From the human T2T-CHM13v2.0 reference genome, Homo sapiens, in assembly GCF_009914755.1 (NCBI RefSeq), contig NC_060935.1: a stretch of DNA of 64,000 bases, one strand, 5' to 3'. This document shows, in pieces, positions 35,453 through 45,300 of the stretch (the stretch's first letter is position 1; the number at the start of each line of letters is the position of its first letter). The position numbers and the translations under genes are program-made. A model generated the notes under the pieces. It did not search any database. It had not been told where the DNA came from and was given only the letters and a program-made list of their open reading frames with translations.

Positions 35453-35717
35453 ACCCCTCCTTTTTCCTTTTGTCTGTTCCTCCCTGGCTGAGAGTCATGC
35501 ACATGCCCAGGGAAAGTTTCCTTCCTCAAGGGAAGGCCAGTCCGGGCCACCAGGTGACCCAAGTTTACTTCCCCAGGGGAAGTCCAAATCGGCACTGACT
35601 ACTCGGAGACGTCTGTGTCTGAAGTAGCCGATCCGAGGCTCCAGGAGCCACGTGGTCTGAGTGACCCCAGAAGGATGCTTCTGCTGTCCCTCAGACCGTG
35701 GCCATAAAGGGAAGGGG

Positions 35718-37451
35718 ATGGGGTCCACCCAGTCCAAAATCGTGCAAAACACCCCCTTAGGGTGCCTCCTGCGCAACCTCCCAACTTTACAACTCGACCA
35801 AGATTTAAAACGAAAGCGACTAATTTTCTTCTGCACAGTTGCCTGGCCGCAATATACCTTAGACAACCAATCTCGCTGGCCCCCCGAAGGCACACTCAAC
35901 TTCAATATCCTAAACGACCTTACCAATTTTTGTCAGAAGCAAGGCAAATGGTCAGAAATCAAATATGTTCAAGGGTTCTGGGACCTTCACTCTCCACCAG
36001 ACCTCTGCGCCCCGTGTTCACTAGTGCAAGTCCTTTTAGCTAAAACCTCTCCCAAAACCTCTCCTGATCCGGACAAAGATGATCTTTCTCCTCTCTCAGA
36101 CCCCATAGATAACTTATCTTCCCCTCCCCTCCAAACTGCAGCCCATGCTCTGCCGCCACCATACGCTTCCCCACCCCCCTCGGCTCCACCTTCAGGTCAC
36201 GCACCGCCCACTTCCTCACGGGTCCCTCCTTCGCCAATCACGCCACCTCCTCCTCCACCTCCATCATCTCCTCCTCCTCCACCACTACCCTCACCTGCCC
36301 CTCCCAAGTCCCCTGTGGCCGCACACACCCAGGCCAGGCCGGCACTCCTTGCCCCGCTGCGCGAAGTGGCTGGAGCGGAAGGCATTGTTCGAGTTCATGT
36401 GCCTTTCTCCCTCGTTGATTTGTCCAAAATAGAAAGACACCTAGGCTCTTTCTCCACCAACCCTACTCTTTTCACAAAAGAATTTCACTATCTCTGTCAG
36501 GTTTATGACCTCACTTGGCACGATATCCATATTATTCTTACCTCCACCCTTTCCCCTGAGGAAAGAGAACGCATTCTAATTGCAGCACGGCAGCATGCCA
36601 ATCAATTACATCTAACAGACCCCAACGTACCCGTTGGAACACAGGCGGTTCCATCCACCGATCCAGAGTGGGATTACCAAGTTGGGCAAGCAGGGCGTCG
36701 CCGCCGGGACATAATGGTTCAATGCCTCCTGGCAGGGATGCAGGTGGCCTCCAATAAATCAGTCAACTTTGACAAACTAAAGGAAATTGTACAATACCCG
36801 GATGAAAATCCGGCAGTCTTCCTAAATCGGCTGACTGATGCCTTAGTCCACTATACCCGCCTAGATCCGGCCTCCCCTGCAGGGGCAACCATCTTGGCAA
36901 CATATTTTATTTCCCAGTCAGCAACAGATATTAGAAAAAAACTAAAATAGGCGGAGGAAGGCCTCCAAACCCCTATTCAGGACTTAGTAAAGCTGGCGTT
37001 CAAAGTTTTTAATTCCCGAGAGGAGGCGGCTGAGGTACAACAACAGGCAAGATTAAAACAAAAAGTTCAGCTCCAAACCCAGGCCCTGGCGGCTGCCGTG
37101 CAACCGGCATTCCCTAAGAGCCCAGGCAAGAAAGGTAGAGGTACAATCTCCCGGGCCCCATCTGGCGCCTGCTTCAAGTGCGGCAACTCGGGACACTGGG
37201 CCAGCCGGTGCCCTAGCCAACAGCAACCGTCCTGCCTGCCTTACAACTGTTTCAAGTGCGGCAATCCAGGTCATTGGGCAAAGCAGTGCCCAAACCCCAA
37301 GCCGCCAATGCGCCCGTGCCCTAACTGCCGACAAATGGGGCACTGGAGGTCAGACTGCCCCGGCCTCAGAGCGGCCGCTGTGTCTCCACATGGCGACCCC
37401 TCCCCGGATGGTGAAGGTACCTTCCAGCTCCTCCAACTGGACGATGACTGA
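35718..37451 (+). pseudogene. gag: ERV gag (MA, proline-rich p12-like region, CA, NC) with a single in-frame TAG at 36948-36950
   Basis: Myristoylation-type MGSTQSK start; PPPY and PSAP late motifs; MHR-like VQYPDENPAVFLNRL; the same frame continues past the TAG to three CX2CX4HX4C knuckles and TGA at 37449-37451. Confidence 0.92.
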
Positions 37452-40400
37452 AGAGGCCCAGACTCGGGAACCCCTCTCACCCTTGCCAAGCTCAGGGTAA
37501 TGCTTCAGGTAGCGGGTAAGTCCATTTCCTTTTTACTGGACCCAGGGGCTACCTACTCTGTTTTGCCATCTTTTAGTGGGCCCAGCCAACCCTCCTCAAT
37601 CTCTGTTATGGGGATTGATGGCACTCCCTCCACCTACCGCCAGACACCTTCACTGCCCTGCCGCCTAGACCACTCGTTCTTCACACACTCTTTCCTCATC
37701 ATCCCTTCATGTCCAGTCCCTCTCCTAGGGAGAGATCTCCTGACCAAGTTAGGAGCCTCAGTAGTCTTCCGGCCCGGCCCATCCACCCACCTAGCTCTTC
37801 TCCTACCCCTACTCTCAGCCGATACAGCAGCCCAGGCCTCTCCAACCCTGCCATTAGTCTTCCCTTCCCCCGTTGACCCCAAAGTTTGGGACACCAACAC
37901 TCCCGTTGTTGCCACACACCATAAGCCAGTCCTTATTAAGTTAAAGGACCCACTCAAGTTCCCTGCCCGACCTCAGTTCCCCATTTCCTTAGAGCACCGT
38001 GGAGGACTAAAACCCATTATTATTCGGCTTCTACAACAACACATCCTAATTACCACTAATTCTCCTTGCAATACTCCTATTCTGCCGGTACGAAAAGCCT
38101 CTGGGACTTACCGTCTAGTACAAGATCTTCGCCTCATCAACGAGGCAGTCATCCCTACAGTCCCGGTAGTTCCTAATCCATACACACTCCTCTCTCGCAT
38201 CCCCCCCAACAGGTCTCACTTCACTGTTCTGGACCTTAAAGATGCCTTTTTCTCTATCCCACTAGACCCCGCTTGTTACTTCCTCTTTGCTTTCACATGG
38301 GAGGACCCAGACACCGGCGTCTCTAAACAACTCACCTGGACGGTTCTGCTACAGGGGTTTAGAGACAGCCCTCATTTCTTTGGACAGGCATTGGCCCAAG
38401 ACCTCGCTCGCTGCCCTTTGGAGGCCAGTACTGTTATCCAATATGTTGATGACCTGCTCCTTTGCAGCCCCTCTGAGACAGATTGCCTTAAGGACACTTG
38501 TACTCTCTTAAACTTCCTAGGAAACTGAGGCTATAGAGTCACCCCGTCCAAAGCCCAACTATGTACCTCTAAAGTCACCTACTTAGGTATACGTCTCACC
38601 CCAAACTCAAAAGGCCTAACCTCAGACAGAATCAGCCTTTTACAAAATCTTCAGCCTCCACAAGATGCTGAAGATATTCTCTCCTTCTTGGGGCTAGTCG
38701 GCTTTTTCAGACATTGGGTCCCCAATTTCGGAGTCCTAGCAAGGCCCCTGTATCAGGCCACCAAACAGACCCCCCTTGGCCCACTGTCTGAGCCAAAACT
38801 AGTAGCCAATCTTTTCAATAAGCTTAAAAATTGCCTCATAACAGCCCCAGTCCTCTCACTCCCAAACCCGCTACGCCCATTCCATCTCTTTACCGATGAG
38901 CGGGAAAAGGTTGCTACAGGGCTCCTGGCCCAACTGGTAGGAAGAACACACCAGCCAGTAGCCTACCTTTCCAAGCAGCTCGAGCCCACTGTCCAGGGCT
39001 GGCAGCCGTGCCTGCAGGCTTTGGCTGCGGCAGCGAAACTCACCAAAGAGGCTCTTAAGCTTACCTTAGGGCACCCTCTCACTGTTTTCTCCTCACATAG
39101 GCTACAAGACTTACTCTCACACAAGTGCCTGAGTCACCTGACCCCCTCCAGACTCCAGCTATTTCATCTCCTGTTTATTGAAAACCCACACATCACACTT
39201 ACTACCTCTCCAACTTTAAACCCAGCTACCCTCCTCCCCTGCCCAGAACAGGACCCTGCATCCTTACACTCGTGTTCTTAAATCCTATCAACCCTACCCC
39301 CCGCGCACCTAAGCCTCCAAGACAACCCCATCCTAGATCCCCATCAGACCCTGTCTGTGGATGGTAGCTCCATCTCCACGCCGCAGGGCCAACGACGAGC
39401 GGCATACGCCGTGGTCACCTCATCTCAAGTAGTTGAGGCCAAACCACTTCCCACTGGTATAACCTCCCAGAAGGCAGAACTCATAGCTCTTACTAGAGCT
39501 CTAATTCTATCTAAAAACAAAAAAGTAAACATATACACTGATTCCAAGTATGCCTACTTAATAGCGCATACCTACTCCATTCTCTGGCAGGAACGGGGGT
39601 TCCTTACCACTAAAGGTACTCCTATTGTCAATGGACCCCTCATTGAGAAACTCATCCAGGTGCTAAAAGCCCCCACACAGGTAGCCATCATCCATTGCAA
39701 AAGCCACCAAAATTCTAAAGACCCTATATCATTAGGCAACAATTTCGCCAACACCACTGCCCGGGCCACGGCCCTCTTGGCCCCTTCCCCCACTCCTGTG
39801 TGCTTCCTCTCTCCTGCTTACACTCCCGATTACTCCCCTGAAGAGCTAGTCCACCTCATGGGTCGCTCAGGAGTAAAAACCAACTCCAATGAGCGCTTTC
39901 ATAGCCACACCCCTAACAAGAGTAATCAGGGCTGGATATTCGTGGATGATAGAGTAGTTCTCCCGTGCAGTCAGAAGAAACTCATCCTCACCGACATGCA
40001 CCGTTCGTTACATATAGGCCCAAAGGCTTTATATAACTTTCTTGAACCCATAATCTACCATCCTTCCCTTTATTCCTTACTGAAGCAAATACATCAGGAA
40101 TGCCATGTTTGCACAGTGGCAAACCCTCAGGGAAAACTTAAGCTCCCAGGTCCCTGTCACCAGCTAAGAGAACATCAGCCAGGAGAAGACTGGCAAGTTG
40201 ACTTCACCCACATGCCTAGACACAAAAAGTTCCGTTATCGCTCCTGGTCCTTCAGATTTCAGCTCCTCAGACTCCTCTACAGGGAAAGCCCTCCCTGACT
40301 CCCCCAGCCAAGATGGGTCTCTTTGTTTTCAGATGAGATCGGCAGCTTGGGGCCAGGTGCAGTGGATCACGCCTGTAATCCCAGGACTTTGAGAGGCCGA

Positions 40401-41706
40401 GGCGGGCAGATCACCTGAGATCGGGAGTTCAAGACACAGCCTGAGCAACATGAAGAAACCCCGTCTCTACTAAAAATACAAAATTAGGAGCTCTCCCTCT
40501 CCCTCTCCCTCTCCCCACGGTCTCCCTCTCCCTCTCTTTCCACGGTCTCCCTCTCATGCTGAGCCGAAGCTGGACTGTACTGCTGCCATCTCGGCTCACT
40601 GCAACCTCCCTGCCTGATTCTCCTGACTCAGCCTGCCGAGTGCCTGCGATTGCAGGCTCGCGCCGCCACGCCTGACTGGTTTTGGTGGAGACGGGGTTTC
40701 GCCGTGTTGGCCAGGCCGGTCTCCAGCCCCTAACCGCAGGTGATCCGCCAGCCTCGGCCTCCCGAGGTGCCGGGATTGCAGACGGAGTCTCGTTCACTCA
40801 GTGCTCAGTGGTGCCCAGGCTGGAGTGCAGTGGCGTGATCTCGGCTCGCTACAACCTCCACCTCCCAGCTGCCTGCCTTGGCCTCCCAAAGTGCCAAGAT
40901 TGCAGCCTCTGCCCGGCTGCCACGCCGTCTGGGAAGTGAGGAGCGTCTCTGCCTGGCCGCCCATCGTCTGGGATGTGAGGAGCCCCTCTGCCTGGCTGCC
41001 CAGTCTGGAAAGTGAGGAGTGTCTCCGCCCGGCCGCCATCCCACCTAGGAAGTGAGGAGCACCTCTTCCTGGCTGCCATCACATCTAGGAAGTGAGGAGC
41101 GTCTCTGCCCGGCCGCCCATCGTCTGAGATGTGGGGAGCGCCTCTGCCCCGCCGCCCCGTCTGGGATGTGAGGAGCACCTCTGCCCGGCCACCACCCCGT
41201 CTGGGAGGTGTGCCCAACAGCTCATTGAGAACGGGCCAAGATGACAATGGAGGCTTTGTGGATAGAAGGGCGGGAAAGGTGGGGAAAAGATTGAGAAATC
41301 GGATGGTTGCCGTGTCTGTGTAGAAAGAAGTAGACATGGGAGACTTTTCATTTTGTTCTGTACTAAGAAAACTTCTTCTGCCGTGGGATCCTGTTGATCT
41401 GTGACCTTACCCCCAACCCTGTGCTCTCTGAAACATGTGCTGTGTTCACTCAGGGTTAAATGGATTAAGGGCGGTGCAAGATGTGCTTTGTTAAACAGAT
41501 GCTTGAAGGCAGCATGCTCGTTAAGAGTCATCACCACTCCCTAATCTCAAGTACCCAGGGACACAAACACTGCGGAAGGCCGCGGGGTCCTCTGCCTAGG
41601 AAAACCAGAGAGCTTTGTTCACTTGTTTATCTGCTGACCTTCCCTCCACTATTGTCCTATGACCCTGCCAAATCTCCCTCTGTGAGAAACACCCGAGAAT
41701 TATCAA

Positions 41707-41738
<32 letters not shown>

Positions 41739-42530
41739 GTTCCGTTATCTTCTTACTCTAGTAGATACTTTCTCAGGTTGGATTGAAGCCTATCCCACCA
41801 CTCATGAAACAGCAGAGGTGGTAGCTTCAACCCTCATTGAACACATAATCCCGAGATTTGGCCTCCCTCGGACAATCCAATCTGAAAATGGTCCTGCTTT
41901 TATCTCCAAGATAGTCAAACAGGTGACAACCACACTTGGCGTTAACTGGAAGCTACACACTCCATACCATCCACAGTCTTCTGGAAAAGTGGAACGCGCC
42001 AACGGCCTTGTCAAACAACACCTAATCAAACTGGCTCTGGAGACACGCCAATCGTGGGTAACCTTACTTCCCTTTGCCCTCGCGCGGCTCCGGGCAGCAC
42101 CCCGAAGCCCCACAGGACTTAGCCCCTTTGAACTCCTATAGGGGCGCCCCTTCCTCTTTCAAGAGCTCCCTGTGAATACCCCACCTCTTAGCACGTACCT
42201 GCCCTACCTCACCCTGTTAAGGGAGCTGCTAAGAGAGCACGCCGACCGCAGCCTTCCAAAGCCCGGACCACTCGGCCCAGACAGTCTGGCCATAATAACC
42301 CCAGGAGATCAGGTACTAGTAAAAGACCTCCAGGCAAGAGGCCTCTCCCCCCGGTGGAAAGGCCCCATACGGTAATTCTTACAACACTGACGGCAGCTAA
42401 ACTTATAGGCCTTCCTTCCTGGTACCATATTTCCCATCTTAAGAGGGCACCTACACAAGATCAGGCCACTTGGACTGTCACCTCCCTCTCCCCAACCAAA
42501 CTGAAACTCTCTAAATCAAATACCGCATGA
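37452..42530 (+). pseudogene. pol: ERV pro-pol (PR, RT, RNase H, IN), in frame with gag; disabled by stops, an SVA insertion and a late frameshift
   Basis: PR LLDPGA (canonical DTG altered); RT LDLKDAFF, QGFRDSP and YVDD; RNase H DGS/AELIAL/YTDSKY; IN CHVC and WQVDFTHMP...VDTFSGWIEA split by the SVA; stops at 38526, 39279 and 42139. Confidence 0.93.
40240..41733 (+). mobile_element. SVA retrotransposon (SVA_D/E-like) with about 250-bp 5' transduction, inserted in integrase
   Basis: 16-bp TSD AAAAAGTTCCGTTATC at 40224-40239 and 41734-41749; (CCCTCT)n from about 40491, antisense Alu-like domain, short VNTR about 40907-41207, SINE-R, AATAAA and poly(A). Confidence 0.97.
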
Positions 42531-44365
42531 ATTCTCCGTGTGACAGGCTCCAACAATTTATTCAAGTTCTTCTCGAGGAAAGCTGGTCATTCCCTACTTT
42601 TGCTAACACACTTCACTGGCCTGAAAATCTGTTAGCCTATATAGACGAACTAGTGTGGCAAGGCTCCCTCCAGAACTTTCACCAACAAGAAGTTCGCTTT
42701 TTTTGTCTTGTCACTCTTCTTACTCTTGCACACCAGTCGTAGTAGACAAGCCCCCTCTCAGACTCCCTCTCACTGGGTTTTTTTCCTCACTGAGAATTGG
42801 AATTCCGGACAGGCAGTCTCCTCTAGACTAGTAGCCACGGCAGCATGCCCGCCAGCAAGGTGCCAGGCACCCATAACTTTCCTAGGTCTAAAATTCTCCT
42901 CCTTAGGCCCAAATACAAAAAACCCAGCGCTTTGCTTCCTGTATGATCAAAGTAACTCCAAATGCAATACCACCTGGGTCAAAGAAAATGTAGGCTGCCT
43001 GTGGCACTGGTGCAATATCCATGAGGCATCCATTTATAGAAAGGATACCATGTTCTCTGTCAACACTTCAGGAGGCTTTAACGGATTTAACCTCCAAATC
43101 TCTGACCCTTGAGACCCCCGCTGGGCCTCCGGTATAGATGGAGGACTATATGAGCACAGAACTTTTATGTATCCGGTAGCTAAGATCCGCATTGCCAGGA
43201 CCCTTAAAACCACTGTCACAGGGTTATCCGACTTAGCCTCCTCAATCCAGTCGGCCGAGAAGGCTTGCCAACCAGCTTCAACTGGCAGCTGACCAGGCCA
43301 TGTCCTCCCCCTTCTCGTGGTTAACTTTAATCTCAGAAGGTACACAACTGCTCCAATCCACAGGGGTACAAAACCTCTCCCACTGCTTCTTCTGTGCGGC
43401 CCTTGGAAGACCTCCCTTAGTGGCAGTTCCTCTCCCTACCCCCTTTAATTATACAAGAAATTCATCCACCCCTATACCACCGGTCCCGAAAGGACAGGTC
43501 CCACTATTCTCAGACCCTACAAGACACAAGTTCCCGTTCTGTTACTCCATCCCAAATGCCTCTTGGTGTAACCAGACCAGGATGCTTACCAGTGCCCCGG
43601 CACCACCCGGAGGCTACTTCTGGTGTAACTCCATGCTAACTAAAGTTCTTAACTCAACTGGTAATCACACCTTGTGCTTACCCGTCTCTCTCATCCCTAG
43701 CCTGACCCTATATAGTCAGGACGAACTTAGCCATCTGCTAGCCTGGACCGAGCCAAGGCCGCGAAATAAAAGCAAACGGGCTATTTTCCTACCCTTAGTA
43801 CTAGGCATCTCCTTAGCCTCCTCCTTAGTGGCATCAGGGCTAGGAACAGGAGCCCTCACCCACTTAATCCAAACATCTCAGGATCTGTCTACTCACCTGC
43901 AGTTGGCCATTGAGGCATCGGCTGAGTCCCTGGCCTCCCTACAGCAACAGATGACTTCGGTAGCACAGGTCACGGCACAGAACAGGCGGGCCTTAGACCT
44001 GCTTACGGCAGAAAAAGGAGGGACATGTTTATTCTTACAGGAAGAATGCTGCTATTAACGAGTCAGGGGTAGTTGAGACTAATTTACAAACTTTAAAAAA
44101 GATCCAAGAGGAGTTAAAACACTCCTACGACCCTCTCCGCCCTGGTCCTTCCTGGTGGTTTTCACCCGTGGTTCAACAGATGCTCCCTTTCCTTATCCCA
44201 ATTATAATTCTCTGTATAATACTGTGTTTTGCCCCAATCCTAGTACAGTTTCTCCGCCAGCGGATACAAGAAATCACCAGGGTCACTTTCAACCAGATGC
44301 TACTTCACCCTTATGTCCAACTGCCAACCTCTGATTTAGGCCCCCTCCCCAACGACGCCCCTTAA
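42527..44365 (+). pseudogene. env: ERV env (SU-TM), with frameshifts and stops
   Basis: SU CXXC (CFFC, 43384), basic cleavage site RNKSKR|AIFL, fusion peptide, ISD AQNRRALDLLTAEKGGT, CX6CC (CLFLQEECC), TM helix PFLIPIIILCIILCFAPIL; split over four ORFs. Confidence 0.93.
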
Positions 44366-44410
44366 CAGCAGGAAGTAGCCAGACGAATTCGTCGCCCCTT
44401 TTCTATAACC

Positions 44411-44425
44411 AAAAAGAGCTTGGAC
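44411..44425 (+). promoter_or_regulatory. Degenerate polypurine tract
   Basis: AAAAAGAGCTTGGAC directly before the 3' LTR. Confidence 0.6.
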
Positions 44426-44850
44426 TGATTGGATCCCGGTGAAGACCCCAAGATCGCAGCCATCTTGGCTGCCCTGACTCAGCATTCCCGGATTCGCCAG
44501 TTCCCGCCATCCCAGCAGCCATCTTGGCTACCCTGACTTGGCATTTTCGCCTGTTCCCACCATTTATTCCCGCCATCCGGACAGCCACCTCGGATACCCT
44601 GACTCAGCATTTCCGGGTTCACCTTTCTTGTTCCCGCTGCCTCAGTGAACACGCATGCCCACTAAAGCACGTCACTGAGGCACGTCACTCATCTATATAA
44701 ATGCGCTACACGTTTGGCACAGCGTGACTTCCCTGGCCTTCCCCCTGCGGACCAGTGAACCTCGCCCGAGAGCTCAATAAAGAAGATTTTTGCCCTCTTT
44801 GTCTCGCCTCTGGGCCTTATTGATCCACGGTGCCCTTCCATTGCCTTTCA
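44426..44850 (+). repeat. 3' LTR
   Basis: TGATTGG...CTTTCA, CTATATAAAT near 44693, intact AATAAA at 44776-44781, followed by TSD CTTAC. Confidence 0.97.
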
Positions 44851-44855
44851 CTTAC

Positions 44856-45115
44856 CGGGGTGACCCTTCCGGGACTCCGCTGGGATGTGGCGTCTCATCT
44901 GGAGCTCACCTCCTGAAGAGAAGCGTCCACAGCTTCACCGCCATGAAGGGAAAAAGGAGAGAGAGGCGGGGAGGGCCACGGAGTCCTGGTGGCACTCCGT
45001 GTTCCTTCACAAGTCTTTGTCCAGCGGGACAAGGTTTACAAGAAGCGCCAAGCTCTTCGCCAACCAAGTTCCTCCAGAGAAACTGAGAAGCGCGTTTGTG
45101 TTCCAGCAGAACGGA
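44856..45115 (-). other. Putative minus-strand first exon (CpG-rich, probably non-coding)
   Basis: Lies between a TATA/CCAAT promoter and a CCG|GTAAGT donor; contains YY1-like CATGGCGG and only short ORFs; TSS inferred from TATA spacing. Confidence 0.6.
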
Positions 45116-45300
45116 GTAAATTGCTTTGGGCTGTGTGTATTTAAAGGGGCAAGGAACGCAGTCTTCTGATTGGTGTGCCTCCGCTCGCCGTGTCCATGGT
45201 AACCAGCTAGCGCCCTGACCCGGCCCGGACCTCAGCTGCGGGGAATCTACCGGAAGCTAAGGAGAACAGCCCGCAGCCTACGCCGCGGGGCCCTGGTGAC
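45116..45300 (-). promoter_or_regulatory. CpG-rich Pol II promoter (TATA-like, NF-Y, RFX X-box, ETS)
   Basis: TATTTAAA 45138-45145; CTGATTGG (CCAATCAG on minus) 45166-45173; GTGTCCATGGTAAC 45190-45203; ACCGGAAG 45249-45256; many retained CpGs in non-repeat DNA. Confidence 0.7.

Larger units (their letters stand above)
34850..44850 (+). mobile_element. Full-length HERV-F(c)2-type endogenous retrovirus (gamma-like), coding-defective, with SVA insertion
   Basis: Two 425-bp TG...CA LTRs, 5-bp TSD CTTAC (34845-34849, 44851-44855), tRNA-Phe PBS, gag-pro-pol-env order; Env N-terminus MNSPCDRLQQFIQVLLEESWSF matches HERV-F(c)2 Env as remembered. Confidence 0.95.

Noticed and set aside
35661-35717. 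GTG-initiated 19-aa N-terminal gag extension (glyco-Gag-like)
   Set aside because: It is short and has no hydrophobic signal-anchor; the ATG at 35718 gives the canonical myristoylated start.
40907-41207. Regularly spaced 35-40 bp repeats superficially like a CRISPR array
   Set aside because: This is the SVA VNTR: tandem degenerate units without unique spacers, in a primate genome.
40429-41720. Many overlapping 60-160 aa ORFs on both strands
   Set aside because: They are by-products of the GC-rich SVA Alu-like, VNTR and SINE-R sequence, with no independent coding signal.
44856-45173. Histone-like gene behind the CCAAT/TATA promoter
   Set aside because: Minus-strand translation gives no histone ORF and there is no histone 3' stem-loop; the segment ends in a splice donor.
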